From a virus (lineage: Duplodnaviria; Heunggongvirae; Uroviricota; Caudoviricetes): a DNA stretch of 64,000 nt. This document shows positions 21,855 through 32,189 of the stretch, one piece after another. The notes beneath the pieces were generated by a model, which worked only from the letters and a program-made list of their open reading frames with translations, was not told where the DNA came from and searched no databases. The stretch is taken from positions 488 through 64,487 of IMG/VR virus record IMGVR_UViG_2778261179_000006. One strand, written 5' to 3'. The translations under genes were made by a program, and so were the position numbers. Position 1 is the first letter of the stretch. Each line of letters starts with the position of its first letter.

Positions 21855-22076
21855 TCAGATAATAGTTTTAAGTAAAGTGTACAGGATTGGCTCTGCCTTT
21901 ACCTGTTTATGGTTCTCGTCATAGAAACGCCAGCGACCGCGCGTGCGTTCTATTTTCTCTTCACCGCGCGATAATGACAGTTGGCAACTATCACGATCAA
22001 ACCCTTTTGCCCGCCAGTAACCACGGTTTTTCTCAAGCTCAAGATGAGTGGACACTTTAGCAGCTGAATATCCCAT
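21855..22076 (-). CDS. Hypothetical 73-aa protein immediately upstream of cre
   Basis: ORF with good Shine-Dalgarno (GAGGTG, 4 nt spacer) ending 8 bp before the cre start; no P1 gene that I recall here. Confidence 0.3.
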   Translation of the reverse strand: MGYSAAKVSTHLELEKNRGYWRAKGFDRDSCQLSLSRGEEKIERTRGRWRFYDENHKQVKAEPILYTLLKTII

Positions 22077-22106
22077 TTTTCACCTCTGATTGATTGGTGG
22101 TGCTAA

Positions 22107-22195
22107 GTGCGCTACGCGAAATCTGGAGCACTAACACTGCCAACATTTCGCAGATTTTACGTAGCGCAACCTTGATCAAATGATCAAGTGATCAC
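22107..22195. promoter_or_regulatory. cre upstream regulatory region: 18-bp imperfect inverted repeat plus three TGATCA (Dam) sites
   Basis: GCGCTACGCGAAATCTG (22109-22126) pairs with CAGATTTTACGTAGCGC (22151-22168); TGATCA at 22173, 22181 and 22189. cre promoters are reported to be Dam-sensitive. Confidence 0.5.
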
Positions 22196-22265
22196 TATTT
22201 GACCTGATAAGGTATTGAACTGTATGGATTTACAGGTAAATTGATCATGTTCAATAACCCTTAAG

Positions 22266-22299
22266 ATAACTTCGTATAATGTATGCTATACGAAGTTAT
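22266..22299 (+). other. loxP: loxP site (34 bp: 13-bp inverted repeats flanking 8-bp spacer ATGTATGC)
   Basis: Exact ATAACTTCGTATAATGTATGCTATACGAAGTTAT. Confidence 0.99.
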
Positions 22300-22342
22300 T
22301 AGGTCTGAAGAGGAGTTTACGTCCAGCTGCGCATAAAAATCA

Positions 22343-22359
22343 AGAATTATTAGAGCAAT
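22343..22359 (-). promoter_or_regulatory. C1 operator (15/17) in immC control region
   Basis: Reverse complement ATTGCTCTAATAATTCT. Confidence 0.6.
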
Positions 22360-22425
22360 AAATTTTGAGAGAAAAATCCCACTCCACCAGCCAAAAACTG
22401 GATTGTTTTTCATAGTTGTTTGACA

Positions 22426-22442
22426 ATTGCTCTAATAAATTA
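22426..22442 (+). promoter_or_regulatory. C1 operator (16/17) abutting a TTGACA -35 hexamer, rightward promoter toward coi/c1
   Basis: ATTGCTCTAATAAATTA preceded by TTGACA at 22420-22425. Confidence 0.7.
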
Positions 22443-22680
22443 TAGTTTTGCCGCCGTTTCGTAATACGACTTTGGATTCACTATTTAATGTGTCTTCAGC
22501 GTTGTAGAGCGGCTCAGAAGGAAATGAGCAAACAGGGAAACCTTATACAACGGCATTACAGCTATGCATTGCTCATCTTACACACAGCGCAATGTTGTTA
22601 GATTACCCCAGCATGGATCATGGGTGAAACAGTAGGTCAGAGCTTCAGGCTCTGTGTTGTCAATACAGTGAGGCATAATT

Positions 22681-22890
22681 ATGGCTTTCATTCCACCAAC
22701 CATCGACGACGTTAGACATTGCTCTAACGCTTTATCTGTAGACCCCGCCGAAACCGACGCTGCCCGCGCCATTGCTGAACACTACTCAAAGATATCCAAT
22801 CAGGAGTACCGCATCACCCAAGACGACCTGGATGATCTCACTGACACAATCGAATATCTCATGGCCACTAACCAGCCAGACTCACAATAA
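22681..22890 (+). CDS. coi: Coi, C1 inactivator
   Basis: 69-aa ORF directly upstream of c1, the size and position of P1 Coi. Confidence 0.85.
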   Translation: MAFIPPTIDDVRHCSNALSVDPAETDAARAIAEHYSKISNQEYRITQDDLDDLTDTIEYLMATNQPDSQ

Positions 22891-22907
22891 ATGCACTAAT
22901 AAATCTA
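22891..22907 (+). promoter_or_regulatory. Degenerate C1 operator-like site between coi and c1
   Basis: ATGCACTAATAAATCTA (13/17). Confidence 0.35.
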
Positions 22908-23000
22908 TTATTTTCGTTGGATCCTTCTATAATGGTGGTCAACAACTCCCAGTGTAATCCGCTGTGAGTTGTTGGCCATGTCAATTCTGGAGGAGGATCA

Positions 23001-23852
23001 ATGATAAATTATGTCTACGGCGAACAACTGTACCAGGAGTTCGTCAGCTTCAGGGATCTCTTTCTAAAAAAAGCTGTTGCACGCGCCCAACACGTTGATG
23101 CCGCCAGCGACGGTCGTCCTGTTCGCCCGGTTGTCGTTCTGCCGTTCAAAGAAACGGACAGCATTCAGGCTGAAATTGATAAATGGACTTTAATGGCGCG
23201 GGAACTGGAACAGTACCCAGACCTCAATATCCCAAAGACTATTTTATATCCAGTGCCTAACATCCTTCGCGGTGTGCGTAAGGTTACTACTTATCAGACA
23301 GAAGCTGTGAACAGCGTCAACATGACCGCTGGCCGCATTATTCATCTGATTGATAAGGACATTCGCATCCAGAAAAGCGCGGGGATCAATGAGCACAGTG
23401 CGAAATACATAGAGAACCTGGAAGCAACAAAAGAGCTAATGAAGCAGTACCCGGAGGATGAAAAATTCCGTATGCGTGTACACGGCTTTAGCGAAACAAT
23501 GCTGCGCGTCCATTACATTTCCAGTAGCCCTAACTACAATGATGGTAAATCAGTTAGTTACCATGTACCGCTGTGTGGTGTGTTTATCTGCGATGAAACT
23601 CTCCGTGATGGAATCATCATCAACGGTGAATTCGAGAAAGCAAAATTTAGCCTTTATGACTCTATAGAACCGATCATCTGCGACCGCTGGCCGCAGGCAA
23701 AAATATATCGCCTGGCAGATATTGAAAATGTAAAAAAACAAATTGCCATCACTCGCGAAGAGAAAAAGGTCAAATCAGCCGCATCAGTTACGCGCAGCCG
23801 TAAAACTAAGAAGGGGCAGCCAGTAAACAGCAACCCCGAAAGCGCGCAATAG
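23001..23852 (+). CDS. c1: C1 repressor of lytic functions
   Basis: 283 aa, the size of P1 C1; position next to coi and pacB; many C1 operators in the window. Confidence 0.93.
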   Translation: MINYVYGEQLYQEFVSFRDLFLKKAVARAQHVDAASDGRPVRPVVVLPFKETDSIQAEIDKWTLMARELEQYPDLNIPKTILYPVPNILRGVRKVTTYQTEAVNSVNMTAGRIIHLIDKDIRIQKSAGINEHSAKYIENLEATKELMKQYPEDEKFRMRVHGFSETMLRVHYISSSPNYNDGKSVSYHVPLCGVFICDETLRDGIIINGEFEKAKFSLYDSIEPIICDRWPQAKIYRLADIENVKKQIAITREEKKVKSAASVTRSRKTKKGQPVNSNPESAQ

Positions 23853-23876
23853 TTTCCATCCGGCATGGTTAATGAG

Positions 23877-25361
23877 TTATTCATTAAGCCATGCCAGAGC
23901 TTCATCAACCTGCGCTTCGTCTTCGACGCTAAGCACTTCATCTTGGGGAACATAGTTCGCCAACATAGCGAAACAATATGTATCCCAATGGTCCGGTGAG
24001 TGCAGGTTGAGTTTTTTCTTCATATCTTCCTTTGACATCACCTTCCATTGACCTGCGGAATTTATCCCTACCGGTATCTTTGATGCTTCCTCTATAGTCG
24101 CAGCCCCCTTATCAAGCCTCATACGCCCTGATTTTACAGCTTCTGCCGCCTGAATATTCGCGAAAGCGCGCATATCGAAATAAAGGCTTTTATCTTCACG
24201 GCTGTGCATCTTTTTACCCCAGCGGATACGCTGGACGGTAATGCCATAGCGTTCGTACATTAGATCAGCCGTCGATTTCCCCAAGCCATCGCCATCAATA
24301 GCTATGGTTATGTTCGGGAACCGTTCTGGGTTACATTCTGCGAAAATCTTGGCGGCTAACTGCGTTTCTGTAACGTCTGTGTATTCCAGCATACGATAGT
24401 TGATTACACGGCGTTTATTTCGCTGGCCGGACACCATCATGATATTAATAACGGACTTATCTCGTCCTGTGCCACCAGCAACGTCAACACATGCAACCCA
24501 GCCCCATCCTTTGGCAATCTTGACCTTTCGCCGCGTCGCCCGCTCAACCTCATCACGACCAAGAAGAAAGCCATCTTGAGATTTGGGAAATTCACCACGT
24601 ACTTTGATCATGTACATGGGGTTATCACGACCGCCATACTCTGCAAGTTTTGCTCGTATAAATTTTGCATCTACAAGCGGAGATTCTTCACTATTCAGTA
24701 TTATCGCAGTAAACAATCCATCAGGATTTCCCGGGCGAATAGCTAGTCTGTGGTGTGAATCGTAGAAATAGCCTGAAGGTCGCGTAGGCTGGGAAAGAAG
24801 CAGAATACGGTTATCCTTACCGGTCAGCGCACCTGTTATCACACTGAATGCTTTATCACTCACACCCGACGCTTCGTCGATGATATACAAGAGATGATCG
24901 GCGTGTTCACCAGCCAACGCCTCCTCATTTCCGGGGCGACAGGACTTTATCAATATTGTCCAAACACCCTTGCCAGTCACCTCAAAAAAAGACGTTTCTG
25001 TAAGAATGAAATACTTCGACAACCACGGGAATCTGCTAACAGCAGTAGCCCAATTGCTCTTTATGTATTTGAAAATACCATCAAGGACTTGCTGTCTTTT
25101 GTTAGCGACCAGAATGACGCGAGCGCCGGGGAAAAACATGATGAAGAGTATTGCAATGATACTCGTCATATCCGATTTACCAGTACCATGGCCGGAGGTC
25201 ACACTTGTCCAACTGCCGTCCTGCTGCGTGGACTCAATGATCTCATCCTGCTGCCAGGTTGGTGTCTTCCCAAACAACACATCAGCGGCCGCAATCCAGT
25301 CATAACGATATAGCGCCACCAGCTCGCGCCAACGTGGGTCCGTTACGCAACTTCTGGCCAT
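23877..25361 (-). CDS. pacB: Pacase large subunit PacB (terminase)
   Basis: 494 aa; P-loop-like GTGKSDM; immediately downstream of pacA with ATGA overlap. Confidence 0.9.
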
Positions 25362-26554
25362 TAATCATCATCCCCGTACAGTTTGCGGGTAACTTCTTCG
25401 TCTTCCTCCTCGTCTTCGTCCAGATCCTGTTCAAGCCATGCTTCGTTTGATATGCCTTCCGCATCGACATCACCATAACCACCCGTATCGACGATATCGG
25501 CAATTTCTTCTCTACGATGCTCAATCCACAATGCCGCATCAGCGCGGCGGCTGGCGGCCCGTTCTCGCGCGATTTTATCCAGATCTTCAAGTGATGGAGC
25601 GCCAGATGCTGTTTGGTTTTCCTCATCATCGGTATTGGTCTTAGGAGCACGCAGATCGGCTTTGATTTGCTCCAGCATCAGGGGCGGCACTTTTCCTCCA
25701 TGCGCCTCGATGAATTCAGCCGCTTCCAGCACTGACCAGTTATTTTCACGCTTTCGTTCGTATGCCAGCTTAACAATGCCAGCTTGCCCCATAGATAAAG
25801 CGTGCTTTTCCGCCTCCCGGCTTTCTTTTCGATAGTTATTCCGGATGCTGTAAATGGTGTTGATCAGGCTGCTTATCTGCGCGGAACAGCTGTTTAGCAT
25901 GCTCGCGATACGGTATTCAGGCGGAGTACCTTCATCATCGTCTTTTTGCTGATCGCGCATTTCCTGCACCAGGCGAATACACGTATCCCTGGCGTTCTCC
26001 AGCATAAGGAGATGAGAAAGAGACTTTTCCAGAAGAGTGGTTTCCAGAACATCGGCCCCGGACCGACGCAACATAGCGCGCGCGGCCTTCCGCGCTTCAA
26101 CGTTATCTATCAGGTAATCGCCAGCTTCGAATTCAAAGCGTTCACCATCATCATCCAGGGTGTCGCGTTCCAGGCGATCACGTAAGGTCCGGTGGGCGCG
26201 GGTGATCACGTCATGATCATCTGAACGATCATTTATGCGCTTATTTTGGCGCTTCGCATTCTCGACTGCGGCACTGATAACGGCATTAACTCTTTGTTTT
26301 TCCGCTGTTTCAGCCGCAATGTGATCACCTGCATGTTGATCATTAGAGTGATCAATGATCATGCTTTTTAGAGGCTTCCTGACTGGCTTATTTGGCTTGC
26401 GGCTGTCCGCTGTCCTGGTGTCTTCTTTGAAGGCACGGAGATAACGACGTGCGGTATTAGGGTTAAGATTAAACTCGGCGGCATACTGTGCGATGGTGTA
26501 ACCACCATCTCGCGCCAGGCGAGCAAAATTCTTCTTGTGATCGTCCCAGGTCAC
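25361..26554 (-). CDS. pacA: Pacase subunit PacA (pac recognition), contains pac site
   Basis: 397 aa; N-terminal coding region contains the hexamer-rich pac site. Confidence 0.9.
26176..26361. other. pac: pac packaging site: two clusters of TGATCA/G hexamers (Dam sites), 4 + 4 by my count
   Basis: Hexamers at 26176, 26203, 26214, 26226 and 26322, 26337, 26349, 26356, within the 5' end of pacA. Confidence 0.8.
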
Positions 26555-26639
26555 TTATGCTTCCTTTCGTAAAAACTCTTTTTGACGCGAGGGTAACGAA
26601 AGTCACATGTCAAAAGGCCCGGAACGGGCAAGCAATCAA

Positions 26640-27092
26640 TCAGATACGTGCGGATGTGGCATTACCGTAATGACGGTGCTGACGGGCTACCTTATTGAAA
26701 AGTTGACGCGCCATTACCCAAGGCTGGTGTTCCCGGCGTTCCTTTTCGTCCTGCGTCATATAGAGTTCGTTCTGGAGTTTTTCATCAAACCGGCGCGGCG
26801 CGCGGCTGCGGCGAAAGAATTCAGGATTCAGAGAGTGGATCTGAAATCTACGTGGGCGTGTACTGTCATCAATCAAAACAGACGAATACTTAGACACAGC
26901 GATAGCCTTTAAGCGCAGATAAACATCGCGCTTATCGACATCCAGATGCGGGTATTCCTTTTCAAGAATTGCTGCGAGTTCTTTCGCTGATAGAAGAGAT
27001 TTAGTGCGGATCATGTAATCCGCAATCTCGTACGATGTTATTCGTGAGTGATTTATTTCCATGAAGTGGCGTCCCTGCCAGTTAAGTAACAT
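26640..27092 (-). CDS. lpa: Lpa, late promoter activator
   Basis: 150-aa ORF upstream of pacA, preceded by a C1 operator, as in P1. Confidence 0.75.
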   Translation of the reverse strand: MLLNWQGRHFMEINHSRITSYEIADYMIRTKSLLSAKELAAILEKEYPHLDVDKRDVYLRLKAIAVSKYSSVLIDDSTRPRRFQIHSLNPEFFRRSRAPRRFDEKLQNELYMTQDEKERREHQPWVMARQLFNKVARQHRHYGNATSARI

Positions 27093-27162
27093 CCTGTCAC
27101 CTACTGATTAGCCCATGTCAACTAATCAACGTCGAATATAATACCCTCGATTAAAGAAATAG

Positions 27163-27179
27163 CAATACATTAGAGCAAT
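27163..27179 (-). promoter_or_regulatory. C1 operator-like site upstream of lpa
   Basis: Reverse complement ATTGCTCTAATGTATTG (14/17). Confidence 0.5.
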
Positions 27180-27180
27180 T

Positions 27181-28224
27181 TTATCTAACGCTCGACGAGT
27201 GACTTGTGATAGCGCCGACTCCAAGCGCGTAATCAAAGAACAATCGTTGATGCATCGCCAGCCTACCGTGCGTCTTCTCCCAATTATCGCGGTCACGCTC
27301 AATATCACGCTGGCATGACTGGCACAGAGGAATAGCATAAATGTCATGCGCGCATAATCGACTATGACGAACGATATAAGGCGTAATGTGAGCGCCAGCT
27401 CCCGCAGCCCCACAGCCACAGCATGGACGGGAAGCCACAAAGTCCATGTACTCGGGCAATTTTAGCGATTGAAGTTTTGGTATTTTGAAATGCGCCATAC
27501 CTGGGTCGGAGTCAACATCCACAGGGCATACTTTTGCACGCATCGGCGCGGCGCGTTCTTCCATCATCTGAACATATGCTGTAGCGCGATCGTCATACGG
27601 GCGAATATCCGCCTCTTTCAGAGGTCCGCTATCCTGCGGAGTAGCCTTCATCTTATTTATTGATATGCGGCAGACTTCTTCCGGCATCAGGTGCATCATG
27701 TTGCGCATGAAAGCCCACCAGCACAGCTCCTGAATACTTAAATCATGGCTATTTGAAAGGCCCATTTCCTGACGGGCGACATCCAGTATCCAGTTAACGC
27801 GATTATTGTGCAGCGTTTCTTTCAGCTCATTAAAACCACGCATCCGGTAATGGTTATCGTGATGCCAGCACAACAACACCGCGCTATTGTCTCGTTCTGC
27901 GTGGACAATATGGTTGTCACACCAGCTACGATCTGCGGCCTGGCATTGCCCCTCTTTCCTGCGCAACCACGCCACCAGCGCGTCAATTCCACCAATACGG
28001 CGAAACAGTTCATCGCTGTTAAAAAACGGCTGCAACGCCTCATTTGTTGCCATAGTTTGCTCGGAAACAACGAGGCCGTCGTCCATGTGCTCGATTAACT
28101 CACGCGGCACCGGCTCCATAATAAATTTACGGCCAGCCTCCACCAGCTTTCTGACTTCCTGATCCACTTTGAATGTGGCGACGCCAAGCTCTTTTTGTAC
28201 AAAGGGAGTAATTACGGCTTTCAC
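27181..28224 (-). CDS. pdcB: PdcB-like protein (347 aa, Cys-rich C-terminal region)
   Basis: Position downstream of doc as in P1; name by position only. Confidence 0.45.
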   Translation of the reverse strand: MKAVITPFVQKELGVATFKVDQEVRKLVEAGRKFIMEPVPRELIEHMDDGLVVSEQTMATNEALQPFFNSDELFRRIGGIDALVAWLRRKEGQCQAADRSWCDNHIVHAERDNSAVLLCWHHDNHYRMRGFNELKETLHNNRVNWILDVARQEMGLSNSHDLSIQELCWWAFMRNMMHLMPEEVCRISINKMKATPQDSGPLKEADIRPYDDRATAYVQMMEERAAPMRAKVCPVDVDSDPGMAHFKIPKLQSLKLPEYMDFVASRPCCGCGAAGAGAHITPYIVRHSRLCAHDIYAIPLCQSCQRDIERDRDNWEKTHGRLAMHQRLFFDYALGVGAITSHSSSVR

Positions 28225-28251
28225 ATCACACCTTTCATCACTGATTGGGCT

Positions 28252-28452
28252 TTATCTGCTGCCCGGCATTCTCTGTTTAAGCACAACCATTTCCTGACGG
28301 CATAACACAGCAATAGCGGTCCTGGCACCAATTTGCTTACCAACCAGGTATTGCTTTACCTTGCGGCGACTCACGCCATCAAGAAGCATCTTTAACGCTT
28401 CACGGGACAATTTGTTGTATTTGCGTGCCATTAATCTACTCCGCAGAACCAT
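28252..28452 (-). CDS. Small basic protein (66 aa) overlapping doc stop
   Basis: ORF track; Arg/Lys-rich; could be the P1 pdcA equivalent. Confidence 0.3.
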
Positions 28453-28816
28453 ACAATCTACGTAACGTGTCGGCGACAGAAGATACAGATATCTCGCCAG
28501 TTGCAGCGCCTACAGTAAGGTCTGCCAGTTCAGGTGAATCAAATACCTGCACCCCGTTACGGCGTAGAAATAGCAGCGCACTGTTTAGCGCAGTACGCTT
28601 ATTGGCATCATTGAATATATGCCCTCTCGCTGTAGCCACCAGGTAGGTGGCGGAGACTTCGAAAAGGTCGGTGATCTCTTCGTAGGCAACTCTGGCCTGA
28701 ACTCTCCCGATAATGGCCTCTGCCCTACCCGGATCTGACATTCCCGGCAGGCCGCCGTAGCGGCTTATATTCGCATCATGAAGCGCAATAAGTTCTTCCG
28801 GTGATATATGCCTCAT
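28436..28816 (-). CDS. doc: Doc toxin (Fic-fold kinase) of the phd-doc addiction module
   Basis: 126 aa, [22 protein letters not shown]... [11 protein letters not shown] motif. Confidence 0.95.
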
Positions 28817-29037
28817 TATCGGTTAACCAGTTCCTTGTTGGTGGAGTCCAGGGTGTCAAACAGGGATGCAAATTCAGCATCCAGCGCCGCTTTTTTGTAG
28901 GCTTCGAAAGTAGCCTTGCTGACAATTACTGCTGGCTCACGGCCTCTGCGGGTGATTTCAACCTCTTCCCCGGCTTCAACATTGTTGAGCACTTCAGAAA
29001 GGTTGCCGCGCGCGGTACGGAAGTTAATGGATTGCAT
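28816..29037 (-). CDS. phd: Phd antitoxin
   Basis: 73 aa from [41 protein letters not shown]...; stop overlaps doc start. Confidence 0.93.
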
Positions 29038-29039
29038 AA

Positions 29040-29109
29040 ACACCTCGTGTACTCGTTATGTGTACACAATTATAAACTTCACAGGCATAAAGCACCAGCA
29101 CTTTGCAGC
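29040..29109 (-). promoter_or_regulatory. phd-doc promoter/operator region with GTGTACAC palindrome
   Basis: GTGTACAC at 29060-29067 and TATAAA nearby. Confidence 0.45.
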
Positions 29110-29499
29110 TTAAATAACCGGACAATCATCAAATTCCCCACTTCGGGCATCATTGATGACATGAGTGATCACACCAAAAACAGCATTACTGCCCGTGTAT
29201 CCATCGTCATCTACTGGTAACGCCTCTTTCTTCCCGGTGCTTAAGTCCTCCAGGTGCTGGCGCGGATACTTCCTGTATCTCTTTATGCGATATTCACCCT
29301 CCATAGCGCACACAAGCAGAGAACCATCAACCGGAGTAAGCGAGGAATCAACCACCAGCAAAGCACCCTGCAATATTCCCTCACGGTGATGGCTATCAGC
29401 TGCCCGCATGAAGTAGGTCGCTGAAGGATGTCTAATTATCTGCTGATCAAGAGAAATTCGGCTTTCAACATAATCCGCCGCAGGAGAAGGGAAGCCCAT
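29110..29499 (-). CDS. humD: HumD, UmuD' homolog (SOS mutagenesis subunit)
   Basis: 129-aa UmuD-like sequence; LexA box upstream. Confidence 0.88.
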   Translation of the reverse strand: MGFPSPAADYVESRISLDQQIIRHPSATYFMRAADSHHREGILQGALLVVDSSLTPVDGSLLVCAMEGEYRIKRYRKYPRQHLEDLSTGKKEALPVDDDGYTGSNAVFGVITHVINDARSGEFDDCPVI

Positions 29500-29517
29500 A
29501 GCGTTTTACCTCAATGA

Positions 29518-29537
29518 TACTGTTTATTCATACAGTA
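29518..29537. promoter_or_regulatory. LexA (SOS) box TACTGTTTATTCATACAGTA upstream of humD
   Basis: CTGT-N8-ACAG palindrome 19 bp upstream of the humD start. Confidence 0.8.
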
Positions 29538-29622
29538 TACATTGAAAAGGCATAGTTTGTGAAAGCGGGGTTTGTAGGCGCGCCACGCTGGGGGCTAATC
29601 ACATTTCTCCCCCATCTTGCCG

Positions 29623-29874
29623 TTATTTTTTTGGTGCATCCTCGTTCTGATACACCGGATCGCTCCCTTTTGGCAACCGGAGGTTTAACTGCCGATAGTG
29701 CCGTAACCGTTCCATGAAATAGGTGCGCAGATTCTCTGGTTGCTCGCGGGCTACCTGTTCAGCTATGACAGGTATGTTCAATCGCTCTTTGTACGCCACA
29801 CCGCTGGCAGCCAGATCAACGTTAACCTTATCCCGTTCTTCCTGACTTTTAGCTGCAATATTCCAATCGTGCAT
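29623..29874 (-). CDS. hot: Hot, homolog of DNA polymerase III theta subunit (HolE)
   Basis: [39 protein letters not shown] matches HolE; likely start MHDWNIAAK at 29874 (ORF track extends to 29895). Confidence 0.85.
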   Translation of the reverse strand: MHDWNIAAKSQEERDKVNVDLAASGVAYKERLNIPVIAEQVAREQPENLRTYFMERLRHYRQLNLRLPKGSDPVYQNEDAPKK

Positions 29875-30323
29875 ATCAAATCCCATCCAGAACAATTGCG
29901 TAACGACTATTATTTAACCAGCAAAGTAACTTTTAATTTTTTTTCTTTTCCCATTGATTTTTGTGCACAGCTTATCTGCCTTGCCGTGCACAGAATCAAC
30001 TTTTTTCTTCCTGATTTATCCACAAAGTTATGCACTTGCAAGAGGGCCATTTTCTAAATATTGTGATGTTTCACAAATGAAATGAATTTTGATTAATGAA
30101 GATAAGGAGAAAATTTGAGATGCAATCATGACGTTAATAGATAGGGTCTGCATTACAGACCCCATCCGCATCAAGGAATTAGCCGTTCCCTGATGTTGTT
30201 CCGAAAACATGTGCCGTAAGCTCACGTTAACGACTTTCTTTCACCGAATCCAACTATATAGGGGTTGGGTTTCTACGTCAACGTGAGCAAGTGCTCCTTT
30301 ACATTTGACAAGGAACCACCTTA

Positions 30324-30467
30324 ATGACTGCTTTTTTTCAGTTCCTGAGTGCATTTTTAGATGCGCCTGTTATTAGCCAGATTCTGGCGATCATCCTCAT
30401 CATCGTTTTGATTTTGCTTTTAAGGTCAGTAAAAAATGGAATTATGCACTGGCTTACTTAATGTTCA
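30324..30467 (+). CDS. Small hydrophobic peptide (47 aa), possible membrane toxin-like protein
   Basis: Manual translation MTAFFQFLSAFLDAPVISQILAIILIIVLILLLRSVKNGIMHWLT; below the ORF-track size cut-off; sits in a 640-bp region without larger ORFs. Confidence 0.25.
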
Positions 30468-30535
30468 GTGAAACATTAAAATCTCCTTGATGTGGAAACA
30501 ATCATTTTCTGTATGTGCTGGTGGGTACCTGTAGT

Positions 30536-30898
30536 TCAGCTTTCGTTGGCATTTAACTTCGTCTTTGCTTTCTCCACCAGCAACTTCCAGATGCCTATTT
30601 CATTAGCAGCCGCCTTGATGGCGGCATAAAAAGCATCTTGCTGATCGTAACGCTGAATCTGTTTTTTCAGTTTTGCCTCCACCAATTTAATTTCATTACG
30701 TGCTTTCTGAAGCCGCAGCGCCGCCCGGTTACGTCTGTTCTTGTATAGCGCGTTAATCTCTGATAATTGCTTTAATTTACCAGCCTGACTGCGGATTATC
30801 GCCTCTCTGACTTCTGCCGTGCGTCTCATCTGATCTCTTAAGAGTTCACCGTTTTCGATAATTCTTTCAAGGTGTTTGATGTGATCTGCAACTCTCAT
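30536..30898 (-). CDS. Hypothetical coiled-coil protein (120 aa)
   Basis: ORF track; overlaps next gene (operon). Confidence 0.55.
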   Translation of the reverse strand: MRVADHIKHLERIIENGELLRDQMRRTAEVREAIIRSQAGKLKQLSEINALYKNRRNRAALRLQKARNEIKLVEAKLKKQIQRYDQQDAFYAAIKAAANEIGIWKLLVEKAKTKLNANES

Positions 30899-31827
30899 AC
30901 TTCACCCTCGCTTGTATCGCCAGCATCCACCAGCGGCAATAAAGCCCTGGCCATCTTATGAACCAATAGTGCATCAATAATGCCAAGCGTATGCCCCGGC
31001 TTAATGTTTAATGCCGCCTCAAGGTGACACCTTTCCAGGCCACTTTTCTCGGCTTGTTTATGATGATCTGGTGTAATAACGTCGCCCAAAACACGGCTAA
31101 TTCTTTCTCGTAATTGCTGGGTGCCAGCACACTTGATCGCTGTATCGTGGAGACGGTTAACCAGTTCGCGATAAACATGCGGCTTAATTCGGATACGTTC
31201 ACCGGTGACGCCCTTTCCTGGTGCTGGCACCGAACTATCCGGAATGTCCGGATAGTTGCCAGCCTCGTAAGCTACCCGCAGCCAGTGCATGAATGTTTCA
31301 GTGGACACACAACCACAGTCCACATCGATTTTCCCGCGTTGCTGTTCCAGCCATTGCCCAAAATCCAACCTGTAAGTCTTACTTTCAAGTTCATCACCAT
31401 TGAACTCGACTTTCTGCGACGCTATGAGAGCTGATTCGTATTGTTCGCGAGTGACAACTGACTGGTATTCATCGCTATCAAGGTCACCAATTGGAAGCTC
31501 AATCTCACAACAAAAATTGCGCCCAAAGAAAGTGTCTTTTTTGTGGTCTGAGCCAAAAGCAAAAGTCGCGCATGGTGCCATTAAATTGACACTGGGTAGG
31601 TAACAATAACTCATTCCATCAGGCCACCCGCCGCACTTAGGCAGCTCCTTCACTAACAAGTCGATAAGCTTCATTTTTTTATCATCTTTGCAAGCCGCCA
31701 AAGCCATTTGGGCAAGTGCCAATACTTCATCTGCCGTATATCCAGCACCGTGACCATACATTTCGATACGGGAAATAATCTCTGATATACGCTCTTCAGT
31801 GATTCTGGTCATTTCTTTTTGCGCCAT
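30895..31827 (-). CDS. Hypothetical protein (310 aa)
   Basis: ORF track; tightly packed leftward operon. Confidence 0.6.
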   Translation of the reverse strand: MAQKEMTRITEERISEIISRIEMYGHGAGYTADEVLALAQMALAACKDDKKMKLIDLLVKELPKCGGWPDGMSYCYLPSVNLMAPCATFAFGSDHKKDTFFGRNFCCEIELPIGDLDSDEYQSVVTREQYESALIASQKVEFNGDELESKTYRLDFGQWLEQQRGKIDVDCGCVSTETFMHWLRVAYEAGNYPDIPDSSVPAPGKGVTGERIRIKPHVYRELVNRLHDTAIKCAGTQQLRERISRVLGDVITPDHHKQAEKSGLERCHLEAALNIKPGHTLGIIDALLVHKMARALLPLVDAGDTSEGEV

Positions 31828-32183
31828 TTCTTTTCACATTCCTTAGTCCATTTTTCAATGTTCATTTTGGCAATATCAGTCATTCCATCACCTAAGAAAT
31901 ACTTTCTCCGGTACGTCTTGCACTTAAACCACACTACAACAGCCACCAGCCAGAAAATAAAAGGCCATACAGCAATACCAACTCCAGCCGCGATAAAGCC
32001 CAATAGCCATAAATGAAGCTCTCCAACTTCTGTTTGCGGCAATATTCTTAAAGAATTAAGCAGCAGACTGAAGGAATAGTCGTATGCATTGGCGGTATAA
32101 GACATGCAATCCATATAATTAAAGTCATAGCCTGCGGCTGCCGCCCATAATGGGCGGTCAAGAAAATGTTTTAGTGTCATCAT
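31809..32183 (-). CDS. Predicted membrane protein (124 aa)
   Basis: Hydrophobic stretch LWLLGFIAAGVGIAVWPFIFWLVAVVVWF. Confidence 0.5.
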   Translation of the reverse strand: MMTLKHFLDRPLWAAAAGYDFNYMDCMSYTANAYDYSFSLLLNSLRILPQTEVGELHLWLLGFIAAGVGIAVWPFIFWLVAVVVWFKCKTYRRKYFLGDGMTDIAKMNIEKWTKECEKKWRKKK

Positions 32184-32189
32184 ATAAAT

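Noticed and set aside
23458-23953. Small ORFs within and antisense to c1
   Set aside because: Embedded in the c1 coding region; no independent support.
30016-30024. Single DnaA box as a second replication origin (oriL-like)
   Set aside because: An isolated box without iterons, an AT-rich unwinding element or a nearby initiator gene; more likely regulatory or fortuitous.
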